Position numbers and translations under genes: made by a program. The notes beneath the pieces were generated by a model. That model searched no databases and was not told where the DNA came from. It saw only the letters and a program-made list of their open reading frames with translations. From Candidatus Krumholzibacteriia bacterium (GTDB lineage: Bacteria > Krumholzibacteriota > Krumholzibacteriia > LZORAL124-64-63), in NCBI GenBank assembly GCA_030592845.1, contig JAUVII010000001.1, positions 2,392-66,391 of the forward strand: a stretch of DNA of 64,000 nt, written 5' to 3'. This document shows, in pieces, positions 9,250 to 17,697 of this stretch. Each line of letters starts with the position of its first letter. Position 1 is the stretch's first letter.

Positions 9250-10434
9250 TCAGGTTCCGGTGGGCAATCCTTTTTTATTTTGATCAATATCAAGCAATTC
9301 GCGGTAAACAGCAACCGTTAGCTCAGCAGTTCGGCTCCAGGACAATTCCCGGGCCCGGACACGTCCCCCGGCGGACAGTTTATTTCGCAGATCCCCGTCG
9401 AAGGCCAGGCGGGCCAAACCAGCGGCGATTTCCTCCGGGTTTTCCGGGTCTACCAGGAGGGCTTCCCCGGCCGCTACTTCGGCGGTTCCACCCCTGTCAG
9501 AGGTCAGGACAGGAATTCCCGCCGCCATCGCCTCGAGGACGGGCAGCCCGAACCCTTCATCCAGACTTGGGAAAACAAGGGCCCTGGCACCGCAATAGTA
9601 ACCCCACAGTTCGTCGAGATCGCAGTAGTCAACCATTTTGAGCCTGCCCCGGCCCTTCAGGCCCGCCACCCTTTCCCGCAACCGGGATTCTTTCCAACCC
9701 CGGCCACCGACAAGGACCAGGTCAGGCAGGGAATCGACAGGCATTCCCCGGGCCGTGTCACCAGACAGGAAAGAATCATAGGCGTCCAGAAGACGGGTCA
9801 GGTTCTTCCGCGGCTCAAGGGTGCCGACAAACAGAAAATAGGGACGGACAGACCCTCGACCCGGAAGCACCTCCGGGCACGACCGATCCCCGACCCACCG
9901 TGGCGTACCGTGCAGGGTCACGTGGATTTTTCCGGCTGCAGCCGGAAAAAAGTCCGCAGTACGCGAGGCCGTGGACCGGCTGTTGGCCACAATGGCATCC
10001 ACCTTGGCCAGGCTGCGGGGCACGAGAAACCTGTAATAGCTGAGACGCGGTTCCCCGATCGTTTCAGGGTAAAGAAGCCAGGCCAGATCGTGCACCGTGG
10101 CCACCTGTGGAATGGAACATCGCAACGGTACGAGGAACTGCATGCTGTGCAGGAGATCCCCTCCCAATCTCCTGACCAGACCTGGCAGTTGGAACTGGGT
10201 GAACCACGCTTTCCGGAAGGCTCCGCCCCTCGCCCGCGGACACTCGATAATCCGCCAGTTGGCCCGGCCTTCCAGATCCTTGAACATATCCCGTCCGGTG
10301 GTCAGGACAGAAAAATCCAGACCCCGATCCTGATCGGCAAGGGCGGCGCACAGGTCCAGAATTCCCCGGCCTGTCCCGGTGGGATTCGACCTGACTTGAA
10401 GGGCCTCCAGGATGATTTGGGGACGACTGGTCAT
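9250..10434 (-). CDS. glycosyltransferase family 1 (GT4-type)
   Basis: EGFGLPVLEAMAAGIPVLTSD motif typical of GT1/GT4 retaining glycosyltransferases. Confidence 0.85.
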   Translation of the reverse strand: MTSRPQIILEALQVRSNPTGTGRGILDLCAALADQDRGLDFSVLTTGRDMFKDLEGRANWRIIECPRARGGAFRKAWFTQFQLPGLVRRLGGDLLHSMQFLVPLRCSIPQVATVHDLAWLLYPETIGEPRLSYYRFLVPRSLAKVDAIVANSRSTASRTADFFPAAAGKIHVTLHGTPRWVGDRSCPEVLPGRGSVRPYFLFVGTLEPRKNLTRLLDAYDSFLSGDTARGMPVDSLPDLVLVGGRGWKESRLRERVAGLKGRGRLKMVDYCDLDELWGYYCGARALVFPSLDEGFGLPVLEAMAAGIPVLTSDRGGTAEVAAGEALLVDPENPEEIAAGLARLAFDGDLRNKLSAGGRVRARELSWSRTAELTVAVYRELLDIDQNKKGLPTGT

Positions 10435-11885
10435 GACTCCGATTCCCCTGTCATCAGGAATTCCGTATCAGCCAGGAGAGCCATCATCAAACCCAACGAC
10501 ACCCAGATGTGCGGCAGGTTGTACTGCGAGAAGGTCAGGAGTTGGAACCAGACGCCCACCCCGGAGATGGTGACCGCCAACAGGAGGCGACCCTGCAAAC
10601 GGCCGGATTGTCCGGAGAGCGGCCCGGACGGGAACAGTTCAGCCCAACGCCTCCGGATCCCCCTGAGCAGCCCCGCGGCCCAGCCGAGAAAAACGAGAAA
10701 ACCCACCAGCCCCGTCTCACAAAGAACAAGCAGGGGAAAATTGTTGACCACCGGCCAGGTGAATTGGCTTTGAAGCCCCATGGGGTCAACCAGGACCGGA
10801 AAATGCCACCCGAATTGGCCCCACCCGATTCCCAGGACCGGGCTCAGCAAAAAAGCGCGCCACGCGGCCTGCATACTGTAGAGGCGGGTCAGATTGGACC
10901 AGTCGTGGCTGCTGAAGGTCTGGTACAACCGGCGGAAGGGAAACAGCGCGCCTTCCCAGCCTGCGGCAAGACCCACCAGGGGAACCGCCACCAACAGGAC
11001 AGTCAAACCCGCGACCATCAGTTTGGCTTTCCGCGCCTCGAACCCGAACATCTCCCGACGGGAATTTCCTGGAAGGGAGAATACCAGAACCAGGGCCAGT
11101 ACCACCTGTCCCATGAAACCGAGCCAGGCGCCACGAGACCAGGTGGCCCACAAAAGGATCAGCAGGGAACCGCCCAGCCATTGTCTGGTCCGAACCGACA
11201 AAAATGGAACAAGGGTGAAAGGCCACAGGAAAAGAAGAAAATTACCCAGGTACAGGGGTTCGCAAATCGTTCCGCGAAGGCGGGGCACGTGGCGAAAGGA
11301 ATCCCCCAGGTAAAGTTCAACCGACCCTGACAGGATGGAGGGGTTGGAAGTGAAAACGCCGTCCAGCCAGACGTAGCCCACAAGAGGATTGAAAAAATTG
11401 ATGCCTTGAAAAAGACTGTAGACAACCTGGAAGGAACCTCCAAGCAGCAGGAGTTTTACGGTCCAACTCCAACGTCTGGCGCCGCGAGTCCACCAGGCCG
11501 GCCAGAGGGCAAAAACAGCCATGACACACAATTGCACCACTTGTTTAATGAACCGCCCCAGCGTTTCGGCCAACGGCTCGGCGGAGGGCGCCAGCCACAG
11601 CCCGGCAAGTGAGAACAGGACGCTGGCCAGGACAGCGCCGACACCCACCAGCCACCAGCGCTGTATCCCGGGCCGAAACAGATCACGCAATCCGGGCGGG
11701 GTCTTTCCCTGGCGCAGGAATTCCAACATCCGACACAGGACCGCGATCGCCAGAAACGCCCAGGAAGGCTGAAGTCCCCCGCCCACATCCCTTCCCGTGG
11801 AAAGTTTCAGAACACCCACGCCGGCCCAGGGCAGGGTTACCAAAGCGGCCCCATAGAAGAAGGTGGCGCAACGGGCCAGCATCAC
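10431..11885 (-). CDS. O-antigen ligase / Wzy_C family polymerase-like membrane protein
   Basis: About 12 predicted TM helices. GIGWGQFGWHF loop motif characteristic of the Wzy_C / WaaL family. 4-bp overlap with the GT1 gene. Confidence 0.75.
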   Translation of the reverse strand: MMLARCATFFYGAALVTLPWAGVGVLKLSTGRDVGGGLQPSWAFLAIAVLCRMLEFLRQGKTPPGLRDLFRPGIQRWWLVGVGAVLASVLFSLAGLWLAPSAEPLAETLGRFIKQVVQLCVMAVFALWPAWWTRGARRWSWTVKLLLLGGSFQVVYSLFQGINFFNPLVGYVWLDGVFTSNPSILSGSVELYLGDSFRHVPRLRGTICEPLYLGNFLLFLWPFTLVPFLSVRTRQWLGGSLLILLWATWSRGAWLGFMGQVVLALVLVFSLPGNSRREMFGFEARKAKLMVAGLTVLLVAVPLVGLAAGWEGALFPFRRLYQTFSSHDWSNLTRLYSMQAAWRAFLLSPVLGIGWGQFGWHFPVLVDPMGLQSQFTWPVVNNFPLLVLCETGLVGFLVFLGWAAGLLRGIRRRWAELFPSGPLSGQSGRLQGRLLLAVTISGVGVWFQLLTFSQYNLPHIWVSLGLMMALLADTEFLMTGESES

Positions 11886-12463
11886 AACCTCGACCTCTCG
11901 TCAGATTTCAACCGGGCACGCCGCAGCAGAACGATGATCATGAGAGTCATGCCCGCCAACAGAAGAAGCCCCGACTTGAAGTCCGAGCCACCGGCCGCCG
12001 GTCGGCGATAACGGATCATGGCGCCGCGGATCTCCAGTTCCCCACCGGTCATCCGCAACTCGATCAAGCCGTCGGCCAAGACAAGAGGTTCCGATACCGG
12101 GAATATCCCATCCTGGAAAAGCAGCTGCCCACTGGAACCGGAACCTTCCAGAAATTCGGTACAGGCAAACCCGATGTCCCGTCTGCCGAAATCCTCGACC
12201 GGAAAGGAAGCGGGAATGATGAGGAGACCCTCTTCCCATCTCAAGGTCCTGAAGCCGGGGATGGCGTCGGTTTCCCAAACAAACCCGGAAACCGAATCCC
12301 TGACGGCTTCGATAACCACATAACCCTGCTGGCCCAGGCGCTGGTTTTGATCGGGCTGCCCCTGAGCATGGCCGCAGGGAACAAACAGTACCAGGCAAAC
12401 CAACCCACCCAACCAGCCGCATGGCCGTAAACGGTTTATCAAATCATGAATCGGGGTCAACAT
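11882..12463 (-). CDS. hypothetical exported protein with C-terminal TM anchor
   Basis: ATG at 12463. Signal-like RLRPCGWLGGLVCLVLFVPCGHAQG. C-terminal hydrophobic segment LLLLAGMTLMIIVLL followed by RRARLK. 4-bp overlap with the ligase gene. Confidence 0.5.
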   Translation of the reverse strand: MLTPIHDLINRLRPCGWLGGLVCLVLFVPCGHAQGQPDQNQRLGQQGYVVIEAVRDSVSGFVWETDAIPGFRTLRWEEGLLIIPASFPVEDFGRRDIGFACTEFLEGSGSSGQLLFQDGIFPVSEPLVLADGLIELRMTGGELEIRGAMIRYRRPAAGGSDFKSGLLLLAGMTLMIIVLLRRARLKSDERSRL

Positions 12464-13308
12464 TTAGCCCGGCCCGCAATCATGGCCCCCACCACCCGGC
12501 ACCACAGGGAATCCTCCTGGCCGGCCCTGGAAAAACCGGCCGCCAGATTATCCTCCCCCGCCACCTGGTGGACCCCCACGGGGATCCCGTCGCAGGATTT
12601 TTCCGCCAACCTGACGATGCGCGCCAGATCGCTCGAATCGTACCGAAGGGCAGCAATAGTGCAGATTTCATCGAGCCAACCGGGCTGACCGGCGGACGAC
12701 CAGGCATTGGGGAACAACAGGATTTCAATACGGTCGGGCCTGACCACTTCGGCCAGCCGGCCCAGGTAATAGTTTGGTCCGAATTGTCCGGCTTCATCCT
12801 CCTGCAGGCACCAGACCAGACCGCCGGAACCGTTGCCGGGAAGAAGTCCTGCAGTCCGAACTGCCGCCAGTGATTCCAGGTGGGCCATTTCTGTCCTGCC
12901 TACACACCCCAGGTGATTCCACTGAATTCCCCGGGCCGGGGCCGCCTCCGGCTGGGCGGCGGAATTCCGGCCGCGCTTTTCCGCGGCAATGGTCCAGGTG
13001 TTCCGGTGGTCCCCATCCTCCCCTGCAAAAACCCGACCGTGGCCGCCCTCACTGATGAGAAATGTGCCGGCGGACCAACGAATCCGGTTGTCCTCCACGA
13101 GGGTGGAAGATCCCGATGAACCGAGAGCCAATCCAGCCGCCGCAAACGCGGAAATGGCCGCGCCACCCGGCGCGGCCACGGCGCATTGGCAAATATCCCG
13201 GGTGGAATCCCCCACAATTCCGGGACGACTTTCCTCAAGGAAAAGATGAGCTATGGATGAAATATGGTGGGGCCGTTTGGGAACGGCCCCGGAATCGGTT
13301 CGCGCCAT
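12457..13308 (-). CDS. hypothetical protein
   Basis: Co-directional with the cluster. GGAGAA RBS 8 nt upstream of ATG (MARTDSG...). No recognised motif. Competing plus-strand ORFs are antisense in a high-GC region. Confidence 0.4.
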   Translation of the reverse strand: MARTDSGAVPKRPHHISSIAHLFLEESRPGIVGDSTRDICQCAVAAPGGAAISAFAAAGLALGSSGSSTLVEDNRIRWSAGTFLISEGGHGRVFAGEDGDHRNTWTIAAEKRGRNSAAQPEAAPARGIQWNHLGCVGRTEMAHLESLAAVRTAGLLPGNGSGGLVWCLQEDEAGQFGPNYYLGRLAEVVRPDRIEILLFPNAWSSAGQPGWLDEICTIAALRYDSSDLARIVRLAEKSCDGIPVGVHQVAGEDNLAAGFSRAGQEDSLWCRVVGAMIAGRAKC

Positions 13309-13396
13309 GATCGTGTATTCTCCTGACAGTCCTCCACGGACTGTCACTGCTGGTCTTCACCCCGAAACGCGTCCGCCTCCATGGCGAATTAACCGG

Positions 13397-14470
13397 TCAG
13401 GTGACGACAACCAAGCTGTTGGCTCCGCCGAACTCATTGGGTACCGTCCGGCTGTTGTGGGGATCCGGCAGCCAGGAACCGTCGACAATGAAACGGTACT
13501 CGTGCTGGCCATGGGCAAGATCCAGATGACATTCCCACATGCCGTCCTCGCGCTTGCTCAGGGGCAGCCCCTTGGCGGACCAGTCACAGAACGATCCGGT
13601 GATTCTCACTGTTCGGGCCCGGGGGAAATCCGCTTCGAAACGAACTCCGGCCTCGGAAACGGCCGGCCCATGCAGGAGAGCTGTCCAGTGATCCAGTGCA
13701 ACCACTTCCAGGGCCACTTCCTGGTCGATCAGTTCCCGGGCAAGTTGCCTGAAATCGAAGGCGGCACGGGATTCCGGATCAAGCTTCGCTACGGGAATTC
13801 CCGCCCCCGCCGCCTCCTTGACCTTCACGGTATGATGGATGACGGTGTCCAGGAGGTCGCCGTCGTACAATTCCTCCAACTCCTCCATGACCTTCCTGAC
13901 AAAGAGGGGCCGGGTGTCGAAATTCGACATCAGGATGTGGGGAATGACATCGTGGCCCTTCTTTTCCCGCAGAACCGACAGGGTTTCCCGCATCTTGCGA
14001 ACAGCCTGCAGGCTGTAACCGCTGGGATCCACGGGAATGATGACCTCGCCGCAGGCCAACAGGGCATTGAAGGTCAGCAGGCTCACGCTGGGAGGGCAGT
14101 CGATCAGGATGTAATCGTAGGGCAGCGAACTGCGGCGAAGGTTGTTCCGCAGGCGCATCTCCTTTTCCGGCTCCCGGGCCAGGGTCATTTCCACACCACT
14201 GAGTTCGATGCCGGCCGGAACCAGGTGCAAACCGGGGCCGGCTTCCAGGAAGGCGTCCTCGACCAGGATGTCCGAGGTCAGGAACAGATCATGGGTGCTG
14301 AGGGTGAAATCCCGTTCGTGGAAACCGCAGGCCAATGTGGCGTGGCCCTGGGGATCGTTGTCGATGAGAAGGACTTTTTTTCCGATTTGGGCCAGAGTTG
14401 AGGCAAGGTTGGTGGCGGTTGTCGTTTTACCGCATCCGCCTTTCTGGTTGGCCAGAGCAACGACTCTCAT
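13397..14470 (-). CDS. ParA/MinD-family P-loop ATPase fused to a C-terminal AMPK-beta-type glycogen-binding domain (CBM48)
   Basis: N-terminus MRVVALANQKGGCGKTTTATNLA (deviant Walker A) and IDCPPS. C-terminal about 85 aa RTVRITGSFCDWSAKGLPLSKREDGMWECHLDLAHGQHEYRFIVDGSWLPDPHN...GGANSLVVV. This matches the AMPK beta GBD pattern GSFNNWS..PL....F...L.LP.GEH.YKF.VDG.W..DP. Confidence 0.8.
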   Translation of the reverse strand: MRVVALANQKGGCGKTTTATNLASTLAQIGKKVLLIDNDPQGHATLACGFHERDFTLSTHDLFLTSDILVEDAFLEAGPGLHLVPAGIELSGVEMTLAREPEKEMRLRNNLRRSSLPYDYILIDCPPSVSLLTFNALLACGEVIIPVDPSGYSLQAVRKMRETLSVLREKKGHDVIPHILMSNFDTRPLFVRKVMEELEELYDGDLLDTVIHHTVKVKEAAGAGIPVAKLDPESRAAFDFRQLARELIDQEVALEVVALDHWTALLHGPAVSEAGVRFEADFPRARTVRITGSFCDWSAKGLPLSKREDGMWECHLDLAHGQHEYRFIVDGSWLPDPHNSRTVPNEFGGANSLVVVT

Positions 14471-14637
14471 ATCGAATCCTTTCGATTATGAATCGTAGAG
14501 CGCAACCTCCCGGATATGAATCCGTCCGGGATATTGTGTTTTACCTCTATGCGTAAAGGCCAGCGGGCCCCCACTCCGCAGGCAATTGAATCCAGCATAC
14601 GGGCAGGAGATGGGCTGTCAACAGGTTTAACCGGAAT

Positions 14638-15072
14638 CTACCCCGTGGCCGGGGTTCCCCACAGCAGATAAAAAAGGATGCCGACCACCATTCCTACCGC
14701 CACTTCCCCCCAGGTATGGCCCACCAGTTCCCGCAGTCGGGAACCGGGAACCTTTTCACCTGCCAGGGCGCTGTCCATCAAATCGTTGAGAAGCTCAGCC
14801 TGTTTGCCAATCTCCTGCCGCAGGCCCGTGGCCTCGAAGATGACAAAAAGACCAAACACCAAAACCAGGCTGAACAGGGAGGAGTCGAAGCCCTCGGCGC
14901 GCCCGACGGCCAGCGTCAGGGTGGTCACCGTGGAAGTATGTGAACTGGGCATGCCCCCATTGGCAAAAAACAGGCCCGGACGGAACCGGCGCTTCAGAAC
15001 CAGTTCGATAACGATTTTGGAGGCCTGGGCGGTCAGACCACTGATCAAAGCGAGAATCCCGAGATTGATCAT
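14638..15072 (-). CDS. divergent PAP2 family protein (YuiD-like)
   Basis: 144 aa, 3-4 TM helices. GGMPSSHTS motif. Confidence 0.7.
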   Translation of the reverse strand: MINLGILALISGLTAQASKIVIELVLKRRFRPGLFFANGGMPSSHTSTVTTLTLAVGRAEGFDSSLFSLVLVFGLFVIFEATGLRQEIGKQAELLNDLMDSALAGEKVPGSRLRELVGHTWGEVAVGMVVGILFYLLWGTPATG

Positions 15073-15337
15073 TCGTGGCTGACCTCTTTTCTAATTGCCT
15101 GTCCGGGGACGGGCGGGGGGAATCCCGGCCCATGACATCATCAGGGAGCTCAATGGGTTAATAAAGACGGGCATCTCCTGTCTGAGGGGCCACACACTAG
15201 CAGAAATCATTTTCAAATCAACGTGCAACTTGAGAATTGCACCATCTTCTACCACTTTATGGAATTGTTCAGAGATGCCGGCACCCTCCGGGCCCAAAGC
15301 GAGCCTGGTTCCCGGCGGTCCCGCCACCCTTCTAAGG

Positions 15338-17158
15338 ATGTCGAAAATGTTCAAGTTTCTGCGTTCCCAGGCCAAGATCTTCTACTGGGTGATTGCCGCC
15401 ACCTTTATCCTGTTCCTTTTTCTCGGCGGAATGACCGGCCGTGGCTGCCAGGCCCCGGGACAAAAACAATATGAGGCCGGAGTGATCGGCACCGTGAACG
15501 GCGCCAAAATCACCGCCCAGCAATACGATTACTCGGTGCGGCAGCAGAGGGCCCAACTGAGCCAGCAGGCCCAGGGCAGGGAACTCAACGCCAACCAGTT
15601 CGCCGCGGCCGACCAGCAGGCCTGGGATTCCCTGATCCAGGCCGCCATCTTCGCCGAGGCCATTGATGAGATGGGAATCACCGTATCCGACGAAGAGGTT
15701 CTTTCGGTATTCGAAAACTCCCCTCCGGCGGAGTTGCTGGCCCGTTACCGGGACGAGAACGGAAATGTCGACATCAACCGCTATTACGCGGATCTTCAGA
15801 ATCCCGAGGTCGACTGGACCCAGCAGGAAGCCTACATCCGGGCCATCCTGCCCTGGCAGAAGCTGACCGAAACGGTAGCCGCCGGAGCCGTGGTGACCGA
15901 TGAAGAAATCCGTGAAGAATACATCCGCCAGACCGGCAAAGCGGTCGCGGAATACATCGGTGTCCTTTTTACCGACCTCGAGGGTGAATTCGAACCCACG
16001 GAAAATGAAATCAGCGAATGGTACCTGGCCCATCCGGATGATTACCAGGCCCCGGCCAAGGCCAATTGCCAGGTGGTCAAATTCGCCAAGGAACCCAGTG
16101 CCGAGGACAACCAGGAAGTCCTCGATTTCCTGCTGGAAGTCCGCGAAGAGATTCTTTCGGGAAACAAGTCCTTTGAAGAAGCAGCCAGCGAGTACAGCGA
16201 AGATGCCTCGACAGCCCCCTCGGGCGGGGAGTTGGGCACCTTCAACCGCTCCCGCATGGTGGCCGCGTTCACCGAAGTGGCCTTCAAACTTGAGGTGGGC
16301 GACCTGAGCGAACCCGTCAAGACCAAGTTCGGATACCACCTGATCGAGGTCCTGGAGCAGTCCATCGATCAGGATACCGGTGAGGTTTACGAGATCACCG
16401 CCCGGCACATCCTGGCCAAGGTCACCCCCGGTCCGGAAACCCTGGACCTTTTGCGCGACTCCGCGGATGACTTCCGCGGCCGCGTGGACGGCGCGACATT
16501 CGTCTCCACCGCGGAAGCCGAGGCCCATGACCTGATGACGCCTCCGGAATTTGCAGAGGGCCGGGACATTCCCGGACTGGCTCTTTCCCTGGCCGGATCC
16601 AACTGGGTTTTCTCCACCACATCCGGCCAGATCAGCCGTCTGTACGAGAACCGGGACAATATCTATATCGTCATGGCCGGCGAAATTACTCCCGTTGGCC
16701 TGGCACCCCTGGAAGAGGTCACCAGCCGCGTGTCATTGGCCGCCAAGAAGGACAAGCAGCTTCAGGCCGCGCAGGCCAAACTCAGCCCCGCCGCGGGCGA
16801 GATCCAGATGGGCCTGACCATGGCCGAAGTCGCCGAAGCCGGTGGATTCCTCCACGCGGTCTCAGACACCTTCACGGTCAACGGTAATGTTCAAAACGTT
16901 GGTTACGGAACCGAATTCAACAAGGCCACCATCGAGGGCACAGTGGGGACCCTCATTCCCGAGGTGGAAACCCTGCGGGGAATATTTGCCCTGACCCCCT
17001 TGTGGATCGCCCCCTTCGACCAGGCCGATTTCGATGCGCGCAGGCCGGGTATTCAGGGGGCCCTGCTGTCGCGGGCCCAGAACCTGGCGGTCGAGGAATG
17101 GTACACCGCCCGTTTGGAAGAGGCGGAAATTGAGGATTATCGCTACTACCGGCCCTAG
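15338..17158 (+). CDS. ppiD: periplasmic chaperone PpiD-like (N-terminal TM anchor, SurA-N-like region, PpiC/parvulin PPIase domain)
   Basis: Start chosen at the ATG at 15338 (MSKMFKFLRSQAKIFYWVIAATFILFLFLGG). The TAAGG RBS is directly upstream. Parvulin motif SGGELGTFNRSRMVAAFTEVAFKLEVGDLSEPVKTKFGYHLIEV. Confidence 0.8.
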   Translation: MSKMFKFLRSQAKIFYWVIAATFILFLFLGGMTGRGCQAPGQKQYEAGVIGTVNGAKITAQQYDYSVRQQRAQLSQQAQGRELNANQFAAADQQAWDSLIQAAIFAEAIDEMGITVSDEEVLSVFENSPPAELLARYRDENGNVDINRYYADLQNPEVDWTQQEAYIRAILPWQKLTETVAAGAVVTDEEIREEYIRQTGKAVAEYIGVLFTDLEGEFEPTENEISEWYLAHPDDYQAPAKANCQVVKFAKEPSAEDNQEVLDFLLEVREEILSGNKSFEEAASEYSEDASTAPSGGELGTFNRSRMVAAFTEVAFKLEVGDLSEPVKTKFGYHLIEVLEQSIDQDTGEVYEITARHILAKVTPGPETLDLLRDSADDFRGRVDGATFVSTAEAEAHDLMTPPEFAEGRDIPGLALSLAGSNWVFSTTSGQISRLYENRDNIYIVMAGEITPVGLAPLEEVTSRVSLAAKKDKQLQAAQAKLSPAAGEIQMGLTMAEVAEAGGFLHAVSDTFTVNGNVQNVGYGTEFNKATIEGTVGTLIPEVETLRGIFALTPLWIAPFDQADFDARRPGIQGALLSRAQNLAVEEWYTARLEEAEIEDYRYYRP

Positions 17159-17265
17159 CAAGCTGTTGGCGAACCAAGGGAAAAATACGGGATCCCGGGA
17201 CCTTCAGGTTCCGGGATCCTTTTCAAAAAGCGGCCAACACCCTGGATTGTCGGGATTTCCGGGAG

Positions 17266-17697
17266 TCAATCATCCCCAAAAGGATTGAGAGGCTTCTTCT
17301 TCCGGAACTCCTTCAGATCCTCCCCCATCTGATCCATTTTCTTTTGCTGCTTGTCCCGGTGTTCGCCGGAATCGAAAAGCCTGGACATCTTTTCGGCCTC
17401 CTCGGATTTGCGCCGGTCGAATTCCCGCAGATCTTCGGATATCTCAGGACCCCCTTCCTCGGGCAGACCTTCGACGGCAAGATGGTCCCGGACTTCCGCA
17501 TGGGTTTCATAGGCGCTTTTGACCAGGTCGATGGCGCCCAGATCCTCCAGGAGAACCAGATGAAGCCTCACGGAACTGGCGGACTGCTGCAACAGGTCGG
17601 CCAGTTCCTCGGGACTTGGCGCCCTGCCGGTCAGGTGACCCAGAACCCTGATCCCGGCCAGCAGCAACTGGGCTTCATCCCTGGTCAGATTGATCAT
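17266..17697 (-). CDS. hypothetical small protein with acidic/lysine-rich C-terminal tail
   Basis: 143 aa. Overlaps the mrfB-like stop by 23 bp. No recognised motif. Confidence 0.45.
   Translation of the reverse strand: MINLTRDEAQLLLAGIRVLGHLTGRAPSPEELADLLQQSASSVRLHLVLLEDLGAIDLVKSAYETHAEVRDHLAVEGLPEEGGPEISEDLREFDRRKSEEAEKMSRLFDSGEHRDKQQKKMDQMGEDLKEFRKKKPLNPFGDD

Noticed and set aside
12421-12873. Plus-strand ORFs 12421..12873, 12774..13055, 12880..13119, 12989..13249
   Set aside because: They overlap the co-directional minus-strand ORF 12457..13308, which has an RBS and sits in the operon. They were treated as antisense artefacts. Confidence in the minus ORF itself is only moderate.
13253-14401. 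382-aa plus-strand ORF
   Set aside because: Antisense to the ParA-CBM48 gene, which has clear Walker A and CBM48 motifs.
15332-16528. 398-aa minus-strand ORF
   Set aside because: Antisense to ppiD (clear parvulin domain on the plus strand).
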